Origin: a virus
Lineage: Duplodnaviria > Caudoviricetes
Strand: one strand, 5' to 3'
DNA length: 64,000 bases
IMG/VR virus record: IMGVR_UViG_3300020577_013934
Coordinates: 1 to 64,000 of that record
The position numbers and the translations under genes were made by a program. Shown in pieces: positions 1-9,423 of the stretch. A model generated the notes under the pieces. The model was not told where the DNA came from, did not search any database, and was given only the letters and a program-made list of their open reading frames with translations. The first letter of the stretch is position 1. Each line of letters begins with the position of its first letter.

Positions 1-812
1 CGCGCGTCGCCGACGGTCTGCGCCACCGCGCGCATCGCCGGGTCCTCGACGCCGCGCATCGCGGCCTGTCGGTTGTATTGCTCAGCGCTGAGTGCGGGCA
101 GCATGCGTTGTGCGCGCTGATCAAGCGTACCCTTGCGAGGCATCATTGTGCGCGCCATGAGTTCTTGCGTGTCTTGTGCATTAAGACCTCCAGGTTTGAG
201 CGCAACTTCACGCCCTCCCCGGAGGTACGGTTCAACTTGCGTTTCGTAGTTTGCGCCTGCACGGGCATGCAGTTGCCGATGCAAGTCTTTCCGATCATCC
301 TCGACGTAATCAAGCAAACGCTCCCGCTGAGGAGAGAGTTTCCCTGCTGCTTGTCGGGCTTTGAGTTTGTTCTGTACGTCCCGCAAACGCTTGTCGTGAG
401 CCATGAACCCAGGCAGTAGCTGATCCACAGGATTGGCCCGTTGCGCAGGATTAGGCTCCGCCCGAGCTGGACGAACGGGGGTTACGCCTCCAATCCGTTT
501 ACCAGGAAGTGTTGCTCCGGCAGGAGGCGTCGCGGGCATTCCTGCCAACGAAGACGGAGGGGCACCCCAACCACCGCCTGCCTGCGTGCCACCGTGTCCA
601 CCTACGGACGGATGTGCGATTGTTCGGGCAAACGCCTCGGGCGCGTGGCTTACGGCGGGGGCAGCCTTCAGCCGTCCTGCCATCGTCTGCGCTGCGCTCG
701 GTGCAACGTAGGAGACCGCGCGGGCCTCCTGCGCGAGAGCTGGTGCGGCGCCGCGCAGTTTGCTGGCGAGTGAGGAGAAGAAACCCGCGTGCTTGGCCAA
801 GTGTGTCGGCAT
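1..812 (-). CDS. Partial (runs off left edge) K-x-A-motif putative head/internal virion protein
   Basis: Manual translation gives an open frame from ATG 812 (MPTHLAKHAGFFSSLASKLRG...) to position 1 with no stop; missing from the ORF track; has the LAKHAGF motif like the right-hand head proteins. Confidence 0.7.
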   Translation of the reverse strand, partial: MPTHLAKHAGFFSSLASKLRGAAPALAQEARAVSYVAPSAAQTMAGRLKAAPAVSHAPEAFARTIAHPSVGGHGGTQAGGGWGAPPSSLAGMPATPPAGATLPGKRIGGVTPVRPARAEPNPAQRANPVDQLLPGFMAHDKRLRDVQNKLKARQAAGKLSPQRERLLDYVEDDRKDLHRQLHARAGANYETQVEPYLRGGREVALKPGGLNAQDTQELMARTMMPRKGTLDQRAQRMLPALSAEQYNRQAAMRGVEDPAMRAVAQTVGDA

Positions 813-847
813 GGTGCTCAGAGTATACGCCGAGCACCATGCCGACA
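804..847. other. Perfect 16-bp inverted repeat hairpin (12-nt loop) over the start codon of the 1-812 gene
   Basis: TGTCGGCATGGTGCTC 804-819 / GAGCACCATGCCGACA 832-847. Confidence 0.8.
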
Positions 848-860
848 GAGTCGGGCAGGT

Positions 861-1310
861 TTACAGCGTAGGCGTTTCTGTCGGCACGTCGGGACCCGCG
901 TCCCACGGCTTGCCGTTCAACCACAGCCCAACAAAGACGGGGACTGTATCGTTCGACGGAGCGTCGACGGGGTTGTTCCAGTGCGGATCAAGATCCGACA
1001 AGGCGGCGCACCCGCACCAAGGTGTGTGGCCGCGACTGAACCACGTCGTCAGGCCCACCGACACAACGGGTTCGATTGCACGTCGCGACGGACCCTCCGC
1101 TTGCCAAGCACTGTTCGGCTTTGCCCGGTGCGCACGCGTCAGGTCGATTACCGCGAAGCCGATCACCGGCCATTCCAGTGTCACCCGCTTGCTTGGGGTG
1201 TTCGGTGTCGGATCGTCGTTGTCCACTACCGCCACGAAACGCGCCATCAAGTTCGGAAATGGCGCGGGCGTCAACGTATGTACCTTCGTTGTCGTAATCG
1301 TGTTCGTCAT
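861..1310 (-). CDS. Hypothetical protein
   Basis: ORF 861-1370; likely start MTNTITTT at 1310. Confidence 0.6.
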   Translation of the reverse strand: MTNTITTTKVHTLTPAPFPNLMARFVAVVDNDDPTPNTPSKRVTLEWPVIGFAVIDLTRAHRAKPNSAWQAEGPSRRAIEPVVSVGLTTWFSRGHTPWCGCAALSDLDPHWNNPVDAPSNDTVPVFVGLWLNGKPWDAGPDVPTETPTL

Positions 1311-1683
1311 TCGACACAGACCTTTCCGGGCTTCCGCCCTACGTGCCGACGGGCTCCCCCAACGGCGCATGAGGGGAAACTACCACAAGTTATTGCACGC
1401 AACAACATGGGTGCGAGTCACTCAAGCGCCGCAGGGCTTTCGCACGTCGAGCGCGCCGTGCACGGTGCGGGCAGCACCCGGACGTTCGGGGTACTCAAGC
1501 GCCGTTAGGCTTTACCAAGGTGCGTCGTGCGCAACCATAAAACAACGTAAAGGTCAAGTGTTTTATATACAATTCTCGAAAGGCGAAGCCCGTAAACGGC
1601 TTGGGAGGCGGAGGAGCATCAAGGGGGCCTGAAAGGCGAGAACGTGCCCGGACGGGGCCTCTGCGTATCCGCAAAAAGTGGTT

Positions 1684-2085
1684 TCAGGGTTGGTTGTCCC
1701 AGTTCACTCCCGGCGGCTCGGGGAGGACCTTGCCGCCCTCCTGCTCGCCGTCGCTGACGGGGGTCGCCCCGAAGCCCTGGGCGGCGCGGGCGCGAGCACG
1801 GGCGTCGGGGTCGGTGGCGAGGCGCGCGGCGTCGATCGGCGCGCTCGCAGGCGCCATTCCCGGCGCCACCGGCGCCTCGTGGGGCAGCAGCCCCTGGACG
1901 CGAAACTCGGCCTCCCACTGGGCACACAGCACCATCAGCGCTTCGGCCGCGAGCTTGTTGGGGCGGCTGGGATCGCCCGTGAGCTTTCCCTGGTGTACGG
2001 CGATCTTCAGCACGCGCTCCAGGCGCTCCAGCTTGGTCATCGGGAGTGAGAGCGAGAAGGGAATTGCACGGTCCTTGGTCAACAT
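1684..2085 (-). CDS. Hypothetical protein, possible small DNA-binding (ribbon-helix-helix-like) N-terminus
   Basis: MLTKDRAIPFSLSLPMTKLERLERVLK pattern (strand then helix); GAGGTG upstream. Confidence 0.55.
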   Translation of the reverse strand: MLTKDRAIPFSLSLPMTKLERLERVLKIAVHQGKLTGDPSRPNKLAAEALMVLCAQWEAEFRVQGLLPHEAPVAPGMAPASAPIDAARLATDPDARARARAAQGFGATPVSDGEQEGGKVLPEPPGVNWDNQP

Positions 2086-2128
2086 CGGGAACACCTCGTT
2101 CCCCAGAGGTAGCACCTCTTCGTCTTGA

Positions 2129-2555
2129 TTACAAGGCGTGAGTAATTGTTTTCGAGTGTGTGAGAATAAGGTCAAGATAGATCTACCTATGCGGGCGAGC
2201 GGGCGGCGCCTCCCGCTCCCGTGTGTGCGGTGTGTAGATGTCTCCTCATGTGCGTGAGTGTGTGTCTACGTCACATAATGACTTACATTACCGTACCGTG
2301 ACGTATATATTATTTATAAGGAAGAAACAAGAGAGAGAGAGAGAGATCAGGCATTATTGCAAGATATAGGCCCGTCTAATTCGTGTGTCGTTCTAGGGGG
2401 TTACAACTGTGCCTGCCTGTTTCTGGCCGAAAAACTACCGGTAGTAGTCTTGTAAGCAAGACGGAGACGCACGCTTCCGTCCCGCTCGCCCGCATAGGTA
2501 GATCTATACTGGCTCTATTCACCACTCTTCGAGAATAATTACTCTTTGCTTGTAA
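2129..2555. repeat. Long inverted repeat flanking an AT-rich core; candidate replication origin
   Basis: Perfect 27-bp IR 2177-2203 / 2481-2507 plus degenerate outer arms sharing TTACAAG-N4-GAGTAATT-N-TT-N-TCGA-N8-GAATA; AT-rich core near 2300-2345; lies between divergent gene blocks. Confidence 0.85.
2331..2346. repeat. (GA)8 microsatellite within the IR core
   Basis: gagagagagagagaga. Confidence 0.9.
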
Positions 2556-2712
2556 AGAGAATCTGAGCCACTGTGCGCCAATACGGCGTCAACGACGCGC
2601 ACTGCGCCAGGGGCCTCGGCTCAGTTGGCACACTCGATGGCGCAGCTGTGCCGACGCCGTGCGCAGCGTTGTGCCGCGCGCGGTGAGCGCTGTGCCAGGG
2701 CTGTGCGCGGGG

Positions 2713-2952
2713 TCAGGGCTTGTGCGGACGCTCGGGCGGTGGTGGCACAAGGGCGGGCAGCGGCTCGCGCCGTCCGGCGCTGTAGCCGTCGAGCACGGCC
2801 TGCCCGACGAACTGCCGGATCTCGACGAGACGAACCGCAAGTTCGCCCTCGTCCTTGATCGACTTGCGTAGCGAAAGTTCGATCGACTGCATCGTCCGTG
2901 CGATGGTCTCGACCGGGCCGCCAATCAACCGCAACTGCTGCGATGCAGACAT
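2713..2952 (-). CDS. Hypothetical small helical protein
   Basis: 79-aa ORF; TAACCT -10 box 6 nt upstream of ATG. Confidence 0.5.
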   Translation of the reverse strand: MSASQQLRLIGGPVETIARTMQSIELSLRKSIKDEGELAVRLVEIRQFVGQAVLDGYSAGRREPLPALVPPPPERPHKP

Positions 2953-2974
2953 GCAGAAAGGTTAGGACAATCCG

Positions 2975-3901
2975 ATGGACGAGGACACCGCCAACGCCGC
3001 GCTCGACGCGGCGAAAACCGCAGCCGAGACGCAGCCGATCACGACGGTGATCGAGGGCGCACCGACCCCCGCCGAGATGCTCCGGCGCGCCCGCGCGGCG
3101 GGCAAGACCGACGCCGAGATCAATGCGTTCGCCGCGTCGCAGCCGATGAAGCCGATCGCGATCAAGGGCACGCGCGTGTTCGTGCAGGACTGCTTCGGGC
3201 GCACCTTCGGCTTCGACAACATCCCCGACAAGGAGCTCGCCGCGCTCGTCGCGAAGGGCGTGCCGTATACGCCGTACAGCAACCGCGACGAGATGCGGAA
3301 CGACGCGCGCGGTGGGCGCGACGCGGGTTCCCACCGGATGCAGCTCGCGCCGCGCGCGACGCTGCGCCAGATGCAGGCCGAGCTCGCCCCGCGCGCCGCG
3401 ATGGTGCGCGCGGCGCTCGCGCCGTCGATGCGCAACGTGCTGGCGACGATCGAGCGGGGGACGAAGGTCTCGCGCAAGGAGTACGAGACGCTGCTCGCCG
3501 AGGTGACCAAGGCGGAGGCCGCGCGCACGCCCGAGGCCGGCACCGTCGAGTTCGGCGACATGCTCGCGGCGCAGTCCTCGCCGCTCAACCCCGTGCGCGC
3601 CGCGAGCGCCGCGCTCGGCCTCGACGACGCCGTCGTCGCGCGCATCGTCGCGTGCGTGGAGGCCGCCAAGCGCGACGCGCCCGTGCCCGACGCGCCGCGC
3701 GACTTCGAGGTCGAGGACGCCGCGAGCGCGATGATCGCGCTGGCGCTGGACACGGCGGGATCGCGCGTCGAGCGGCTGAGCGCCGCGCTCGACAAGCTCG
3801 ACACGTACGCCGCCTTCCGCGCGAGCCGCAAGGGCAAGGCGCTGGAGCTCTTCCTCGCGCGCTACGAGCGCGAGGTCGAAAACGACGGAGCCACCGGGTA
3901 G
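2975..3901 (+). CDS. Hypothetical protein
   Basis: 308-aa ORF with strong GC3 bias; TAG stop. Confidence 0.85.
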   Translation: MDEDTANAALDAAKTAAETQPITTVIEGAPTPAEMLRRARAAGKTDAEINAFAASQPMKPIAIKGTRVFVQDCFGRTFGFDNIPDKELAALVAKGVPYTPYSNRDEMRNDARGGRDAGSHRMQLAPRATLRQMQAELAPRAAMVRAALAPSMRNVLATIERGTKVSRKEYETLLAEVTKAEAARTPEAGTVEFGDMLAAQSSPLNPVRAASAALGLDDAVVARIVACVEAAKRDAPVPDAPRDFEVEDAASAMIALALDTAGSRVERLSAALDKLDTYAAFRASRKGKALELFLARYEREVENDGATG

Positions 3902-3961
3902 AAGACCGTGGCGTCCCCTCTGCGGCTTCTCGCAGGCAGCGCTAACAAGGAGCACACGCAC

Positions 3962-4465
3962 ATGAACAACGAACAGACCCACACCGCGTCCGACACCCGC
4001 ACGACCGCGTCGCGCACCGAGCGCGCCACCCGCCCCACGCACGCCGACCCGGGCGGCCTCTTCGCCCGCGCGAAGGACGACCCCAAGTTCGTGGTCCGCT
4101 CGCTCGACGCGGGGCCCGAGCGCGTCGTGCTCGTGCTCGCGCGGGCGCTGCACGCCACGCTCGGCAACGAGAGCTACGAGCCCGGCGACGAGTACCGCAA
4201 GTCGTACCCGGCGATGGTCGTGCGCGAGCGCCCCGCCGCCGACGTCGGCAAGCCCGACAACGAGTCGGAGTGGACCGTGCTCGGCATCTACCGTCACGTC
4301 CAGGTGCTCGACGGCGGCACGTTCGAGTTCGTGCCTCCGGGCGCGCGCCTCAAGCGCCTGAACGGCGACGAGGCGTCGCTCGTGATGCGCACGACGGGCG
4401 CGCTGCGCACGTTCGAGCACGCCGACGACCAGAAGGTGAAGGAGGGGGACTACATCCCCTGCTGA
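3962..4465 (+). CDS. Hypothetical protein
   Basis: AAGGAG SD before ATG 3962; GC3 bias. Confidence 0.85.
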   Translation: MNNEQTHTASDTRTTASRTERATRPTHADPGGLFARAKDDPKFVVRSLDAGPERVVLVLARALHATLGNESYEPGDEYRKSYPAMVVRERPAADVGKPDNESEWTVLGIYRHVQVLDGGTFEFVPPGARLKRLNGDEASLVMRTTGALRTFEHADDQKVKEGDYIPC

Positions 4466-4552
4466 GCGTCCGCGCGGCCTGATCCCGGCTGAAGGGAGCG
4501 CGCCACGGGGCGCGTTTCTTTCGCCCTCAACGACGTAAAGAAGGAGTGCCTC

Positions 4553-4921
4553 GTGAGCGATGTGAAGACTGTGCACGACAAGGACCACCCGGTGCCCGAG
4601 CCGGTGATCCAGCTGCACGACGAGCCGGTGGTGGTGTGGGGCCCGAAGACGACCATCAACCACCTCGCCGACGCCATGGACAAGGTGAAGGCGTGGCACC
4701 AAGCCAAGGCCGAGGGCGCCAGCGACGCCGCGCTCGCCGCGATCCTCGCGGCCCCGACGCCGCCGCGTGCGGTGCTAAGCCCCACGGCGCTTGAGATCCC
4801 GACGAGGGCCCGCACGCCGACGACGATTCCCGCGCCGCCGGGCGAGGACGTGCCGCTCGCGACCAAGGCGCCGAGCGTGACGGTGAAGCTGCCGAGGCGG
4901 CAGCTCAAGCTGAAGATCTGA
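4553..4921 (+). CDS. Hypothetical protein
   Basis: AAGGAG SD, GTG start. Confidence 0.8.
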   Translation: MSDVKTVHDKDHPVPEPVIQLHDEPVVVWGPKTTINHLADAMDKVKAWHQAKAEGASDAALAAILAAPTPPRAVLSPTALEIPTRARTPTTIPAPPGEDVPLATKAPSVTVKLPRRQLKLKI

Positions 4922-5220
4922 TGAAGCGCTTCATCACCGAGCTCGGCTTCGACGAGATCGCGGCGGCGTTCGTGACGCGCCCGCTGCGCGTGCCGGCGGT
5001 CGTGCTCCGCAGCGCCAACGACGACGCGCCCGCCGTGGCCGTCGTGCCCGGCTTCGGCAAGGTCGGCACGCTCGACGAGGGGCCGACGCCGCAGTTCGTG
5101 AAGACGAAGTTCGAGCTCAAGCCGTACACCGTAAACTTGGACAAGTTACTCTCGTCGGGTAATAATCCCGGCGATGTCCAAGACCCTGATCCTGGGCGTG
5201 ACGGGGCACCGTCCCGATAA
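4921..5220 (+). CDS. Hypothetical protein
   Basis: TGATG-coupled start; 3' end overlaps the next promoter and gene. Confidence 0.5.
   Translation: MKRFITELGFDEIAAAFVTRPLRVPAVVLRSANDDAPAVAVVPGFGKVGTLDEGPTPQFVKTKFELKPYTVNLDKLLSSGNNPGDVQDPDPGRDGAPSR
5134..5166 (+). promoter_or_regulatory. Phage promoter/operator: palindrome AACTTG-GA-CAAGTT over a TTGGAC -35, 17-nt spacer, TAATAAT -10
   Basis: Near-identical to the element at 26920-26951; 7 nt before ATG 5174. Confidence 0.65.
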
Positions 5221-5650
5221 GCTCCCCGCCGACACGCCGCGCCTCGTCCGCTTCGCCTCGGCGATGATCGAGCTGCACGCCCCCGCCAAGGTCCTCACGG
5301 GCATGGCGCTGGGCTGGGACTCGATCGTCGCCGAGGCGTGCCGGCGGCTGCGCGTGCCGTTCGACGCGTACGTTCCCGGGCTCGGCCAGGATCGCTTCTG
5401 GTCGCCCGAGGACTCGCTCCAGTACCACTTCCTGCTGTCCAAAGCCGCGCGCGTCGTTCGCGTCACCGATGGACCGTGCGACGACGCCGCCTTCGAGGCG
5501 CGCAACCGCCGGCTCGTGGACGACTGCACGCGGCTCGCGGCCTTCTGGAACGGCTCGCTGGGTGGCACCGCCAACTGCGTGCGCTACGCGGTGAGCGTGC
5601 GCCGCTCGTACGACAACTGGTTCACCGACTGGAAGGACTTCCGAGGATGA
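5174..5650 (+). CDS. YspA/DUF1273-like SLOG-family protein
   Basis: GVTGHRP, GMALGWD, ARNRRLVD and WNGSLGGTANCVRYA motifs. Confidence 0.85.
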   Translation: MSKTLILGVTGHRPDKLPADTPRLVRFASAMIELHAPAKVLTGMALGWDSIVAEACRRLRVPFDAYVPGLGQDRFWSPEDSLQYHFLLSKAARVVRVTDGPCDDAAFEARNRRLVDDCTRLAAFWNGSLGGTANCVRYAVSVRRSYDNWFTDWKDFRG

Positions 5651-6852
5651 AGAAGCCAAAGAAAGCGGCGTCGCCGCCCAAGCCCCCCAATCCGTTCTCG
5701 CTCGCGCCGCTCGTCGCGGCGTGCACGACGTACTGGACGACGTTCTTCACGCGCCAAGCGCACGACGTGCGCAGCGTCTGGACGACCGAGATCCAGCGGC
5801 TGCGCGCGCTGGCGTTCAAGGCCGCCTACGACCTGATGCTCGCGTGCGACCCGCGCGTCGCCGACCTGGGCAACCACCCCGTCGTGGCGCAGCTGATGCT
5901 CCCGCTGTTCGCGATGCTGCGCGACCCGTTTCCGCTGATCTACAAGACGGCGACGGCCGACGAGATCGCGTTCGACGTCGCGTGGGCGTGCACGGCGTTC
6001 CCGACGTTCAACCTCACGCACGACCTGACCGCGAACCTGATGCTGAGCGACCCGGCGAAGGTCGACGAGGGTGACGTGCCGTGGCCCTTTACCGCGTTCA
6101 GGGGCGTGCTCGCCCCGGACACGAACGTGCAGTTCGTTGACCAGAACCAGCGCCCGCTGCGCGCGCAGTGCTTCCGCGTCTTTCGCATGGCGGTGCCCGA
6201 GCCGCCGGACGACGAGGCCCACCCCGCGAACGTCGGCGCGCCGCTCGGCGACCTGTATCGCGCGCACACCGTCGAGCTCTACCGGACCGAGCTGTCCAAG
6301 GTGCTCGACGAGCACATCGCGCGCATCGACGGTTTGCCGCTCAGCGAGCGCGTGCTCGTCCGCGTCTACGGCGCGAGCAGCCTCTCGATCTTCCACAACT
6401 CGATCTGGGAAGGCTCGGGCACGTTCTGCGGTGACTGGCTCGACGTCGACATCGAGCAGAACCCCAACCCGCTCTTCGGCGCGCACTTCGACGTCGAGAC
6501 CGCCGACGAGCGGGCGCTGCTCCTGCTGCGGCGCGTGGCGCTCAACCTCGCCCTCTACCTGCGCAGCAAGCGCGAGGACACCGGCGAGCGCGTCTGGACA
6601 CCCGAGGCCAAGGCGGCGAGCCCGTCGCTCAAGACCTGGACGGTGGGCGGCCACGTCAAGGTCGGGCGCGAGGTCCACGACGCCGCGCGCGCCGTGGCGC
6701 AGGGCCTGCCGCGCGGGGACGTGCGCGTGCGGCACATCGTGCGCGGGCACTTCAAGCACGCGGGCGCCGACAAGCGCGAGATCTACGTCGCGCCGTACTG
6801 GCGCGGCCCGGCCGCCGGCCCCGTCGTGCCCCGGGAGTACGACGTCCGATGA
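5647..6852 (+). CDS. Hypothetical phage protein with C-terminal HIVRGH...YVAPYWRG motif
   Basis: ATGA-coupled start at 5647; 401 aa; GC3 bias. Confidence 0.85.
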   Translation: MKKPKKAASPPKPPNPFSLAPLVAACTTYWTTFFTRQAHDVRSVWTTEIQRLRALAFKAAYDLMLACDPRVADLGNHPVVAQLMLPLFAMLRDPFPLIYKTATADEIAFDVAWACTAFPTFNLTHDLTANLMLSDPAKVDEGDVPWPFTAFRGVLAPDTNVQFVDQNQRPLRAQCFRVFRMAVPEPPDDEAHPANVGAPLGDLYRAHTVELYRTELSKVLDEHIARIDGLPLSERVLVRVYGASSLSIFHNSIWEGSGTFCGDWLDVDIEQNPNPLFGAHFDVETADERALLLLRRVALNLALYLRSKREDTGERVWTPEAKAASPSLKTWTVGGHVKVGREVHDAARAVAQGLPRGDVRVRHIVRGHFKHAGADKREIYVAPYWRGPAAGPVVPREYDVR

Positions 6853-7148
6853 CCACCTTCGAGAAGTGGCGCACGTACTTCAAGCTCAGCTGGAGCTGCG
6901 GCCGGCACTCCAACATCCCGTGGCACTGCATCCTCTGGTACGCCACGGCGGACTGGTGGCTGCGCTGGCCGCAGTGGTACCGCGCGCTGATCGCGCCGCG
7001 CATGGCGACGCACGGCGCGCGGTACCGCTACATCCCGTGCCCGTGGTGCCTGCTCGTACGCCGTAAACCGAACCGCGTCGCGCGCTGCCCCGACACCTGC
7101 TACCGACGCGAGTGGATTCTCGCTCGCCGCGCAAGGAGACCGACGTGA
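6849..7148 (+). CDS. Hypothetical Trp/Arg-rich protein
   Basis: ATGA coupling, 99 aa. Confidence 0.65.
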   Translation: MTTFEKWRTYFKLSWSCGRHSNIPWHCILWYATADWWLRWPQWYRALIAPRMATHGARYRYIPCPWCLLVRRKPNRVARCPDTCYRREWILARRARRPT

Positions 7149-7666
7149 ACATCGACAAGCTGTATCGCTACGAGGCGGACGGCACGGTGCAGAAGTTCTG
7201 CAAGCTCTGCGACGCCCACCTGGACTTCGCCGAGCACGCCGAGGACTGCCCCGGCCGCGTGCTGGAGGCCCTCCAGTACGAGATCCACGTCGAGGGCCCG
7301 AACTGCACGCGCAGCTGCTGCGGCTACACCGACACGCGCGTCGACGGCCCGAGCTTCGAGGCCATCGCCGAGGACGCCGTGCGCGCCGGCAGCGACGCGG
7401 TCCGTGTGCGCTACGCGGGCCGCGTCTTCGCCGACGTGGAGCTGTCGCCGAAGTTGATGGAGGAGGCGAAGGCGCGCATCGAGAAACGGGAGGAGGAGAA
7501 GAAGGCTGCCGAGAAGGCGCAGCGCGAGGCCGAGGAGCACGCGGCGGCGCACCAAGCCGCGCTCGCGCAGCTGGAACAAGACCGCCCCGACCTCTCCGAG
7601 GAGGGCTACGCGCGCCGCAAGGCGCAGATCGAGAAGGAGTACGGACCATGGCTGAAGACAAGCTGA
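7145..7666 (+). CDS. Hypothetical protein (Cys/His clusters plus coiled coil)
   Basis: AAGGAG SD, GTG 7145. Confidence 0.8.
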   Translation: MNIDKLYRYEADGTVQKFCKLCDAHLDFAEHAEDCPGRVLEALQYEIHVEGPNCTRSCCGYTDTRVDGPSFEAIAEDAVRAGSDAVRVRYAGRVFADVELSPKLMEEAKARIEKREEEKKAAEKAQREAEEHAAAHQAALAQLEQDRPDLSEEGYARRKAQIEKEYGPWLKTS

Positions 7667-8118
7667 TCGAGTTCAAGAACGAGGCGTCGGGCACGGTGTT
7701 TTCGGCCACGCTGGAGTCCGAGCGCCATCCCGAGGCGTCGTACTTCCAGTGGGTCAAGGGCCTGCCCGAGGCGCTGCGCACGCCGGGCGTGACCTTCCAC
7801 AACACCAAGGGCCCCGGGATGTTCACGCTGACCGTCGGCGCGAGCACCAAGACCGGCGGTCTCGTCACGCGCGAGGACGGCGCCGTGCTCTGCCAGATCA
7901 CCAGCGTGATCAGCCAGCACGTCATCGACCAGTTCGCGGCCGAGACCGACCCGCAGACCAAGGCCAACATGAAGGCCGCGCTCGAAGGGCTCGGCGCGGG
8001 CGCGCCCGACCTGGGCAAGACCGCGCAGGCGCTCGACGTGGCGGAGCGCTCAGTGTTTGGCGAGTCGCCGCTCACGTCGATGATTGGCGCGTTCGTCAAG
8101 TCCGAGAAGAAGTCGTGA
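7648..8118 (+). CDS. Hypothetical protein
   Basis: 156-aa ORF, GC3 bias. Confidence 0.8.
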   Translation: MAEDKLIEFKNEASGTVFSATLESERHPEASYFQWVKGLPEALRTPGVTFHNTKGPGMFTLTVGASTKTGGLVTREDGAVLCQITSVISQHVIDQFAAETDPQTKANMKAALEGLGAGAPDLGKTAQALDVAERSVFGESPLTSMIGAFVKSEKKS

Positions 8119-8429
8119 ACGACGTAAAGAAGAAGCCCAAGAAGCGCCACGCGTGGACGCAGCGCCCCGGCACGCACCACCTTCGATGGTGTCCGCGCTG
8201 CGGCGTCTACGAGGACACCAAGACGCTGCGTCGCGAGTACTTGCGCAGCGTCTCGCTCGTCAACCGGACGATCTATCGCCCGATGGGACAGCCAGGGCGC
8301 TTCTACACGAAACAGCCGGCGTGCACGCCTCCGCCCGAGGGCACGCTCATCTCGCCCCCGCCACCGTGGGGTGGTGACGCGCTGACCAACGCCGTGAAGG
8401 CGCTGGCCGGCGAGAAAGCGACGACATGA
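8115..8429 (+). CDS. Hypothetical protein with HxW...CxxCG zinc-finger-like motif
   Basis: GTGA coupling; RHAWTQRPGTHHLRWCPRCG. Confidence 0.65.
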   Translation: MNDVKKKPKKRHAWTQRPGTHHLRWCPRCGVYEDTKTLRREYLRSVSLVNRTIYRPMGQPGRFYTKQPACTPPPEGTLISPPPPWGGDALTNAVKALAGEKATT

Positions 8430-9199
8430 CGCTTCGTGTTTTGTTCCTCGACATCGACGGCGTGCTCAACAGCAGCGCCTACCTCAAGGCCAACCCAGAT
8501 TCGTTCGACCGCAGCGGCCCGAACGCCTACCTCTCGATGTTCGACCCGGTGGCGTGTGCGCGCCTCCAGGTCGTGCTCACGGTCACCGGTGCGAAGATCG
8601 TCATCAGCTCGTCGTGGCGTCACGTGCACACGATCGACGAGATCCGTGGCTACCTCGCCGCCAAGGGCATCACCGCCGAGGTCATCGACTTCACGCCCAT
8701 CGGCTACAACCCTGACCTGCCCGGCGACGACTCGTTCGGCACGTCGATGACGTGTCGCGGCCACGAGATCGCCGCGTGGGTCGACGCCCACCCCGAGCTG
8801 GAGGCATACGCCGTCGTTGATGACAACAGCGATATGGACGGCGTGCGCGAGCGCTTCGTCCAGACGACGTGGGAGCGCGGCCTGAAGATCGAGCACGCCC
8901 GTCGCCTCGTGCGCGTCTTGATGCGCCCGCGCCAGTTTCATACCGGCCAGTTGGTTCACGTCTACGGACGCCTTCCGTGGTCGGACCCGCGCGAGGGTGA
9001 CGACAGCTACGAGCTGGGGCGGATCGTCGATCCAGCGGTGCGTTTTCCGGCAGCGTCCGAACATCCGACGGGCGCCACCGTCAAGATCATCAACGCGATC
9101 GTCGATCGCCCCGTCTTCGCCCCGTACGAGAAGCTCAGCGAGCCTTTTCCCTCGTGGCAGCAGCTCGCCTACGGTTTCGAGAAAGTATCACCTCCGTGA
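8426..9199 (+). CDS. HAD-superfamily (HAD_SAK_2 / Swiss Army Knife RNA-repair-like) protein
   Basis: VLFLDIDGVLN, IVISSSWR, EIAAW, AVVDD motifs. Confidence 0.85.
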   Translation: MTLRVLFLDIDGVLNSSAYLKANPDSFDRSGPNAYLSMFDPVACARLQVVLTVTGAKIVISSSWRHVHTIDEIRGYLAAKGITAEVIDFTPIGYNPDLPGDDSFGTSMTCRGHEIAAWVDAHPELEAYAVVDDNSDMDGVRERFVQTTWERGLKIEHARRLVRVLMRPRQFHTGQLVHVYGRLPWSDPREGDDSYELGRIVDPAVRFPAASEHPTGATVKIINAIVDRPVFAPYEKLSEPFPSWQQLAYGFEKVSPP

Positions 9200-9350
9200 G
9201 CAAGGGACCCAAGTCATTGCGCGCCGACGGCGTCTACCGCGTGCGACGGGGCGAGCTCGTGCGCATCCCCGACCGCTGGGTCGGACGGCACACCCCCCGA
9301 AGATGATCCGCCAACGCTTCAGCAAGCTCGTGCGGCCCGGCGGCTGGTGA
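9196..9350 (+). pseudogene. Small gene split by a frameshift at a C6 run (or -1 programmed shift)
   Basis: Frame A MSKGPKSLRADGVYRVRRGELVRIPDRWVGRHTPRR* continues as PPKMIRQRFSKLVRPGGW in the -1 frame after C6 at 9293-9298. Confidence 0.5.
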
Positions 9351-9423
9351 ACGTCGTAAAGTGCGTGCGCGTCCCGGTATAAGTCCTTGGAGCCACACGT
9401 CGTGGTTCTCCAAGGAGATCTCC

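Noticed and set aside
78-1632. Plus-strand ORFs 78-419, 433-711 and 760-1632
   Set aside because: The minus-strand frames (1-812, 861-1310) have better composition and the KxA motif.
3899-3962. Readthrough fusion of 2975 and 3962 genes
   Set aside because: In frame, but the downstream gene has its own strong AAGGAG SD; a 1-in-3 coincidence is sufficient.
2621-4702. Long antisense ORFs (2621-4702, 30544-32415, 45161-48421, 54273-56156, 60635-62797 and similar)
   Set aside because: These are shadow ORFs of GC3-biased genes on the other strand or frame, with R/A/G-rich nonsense composition.
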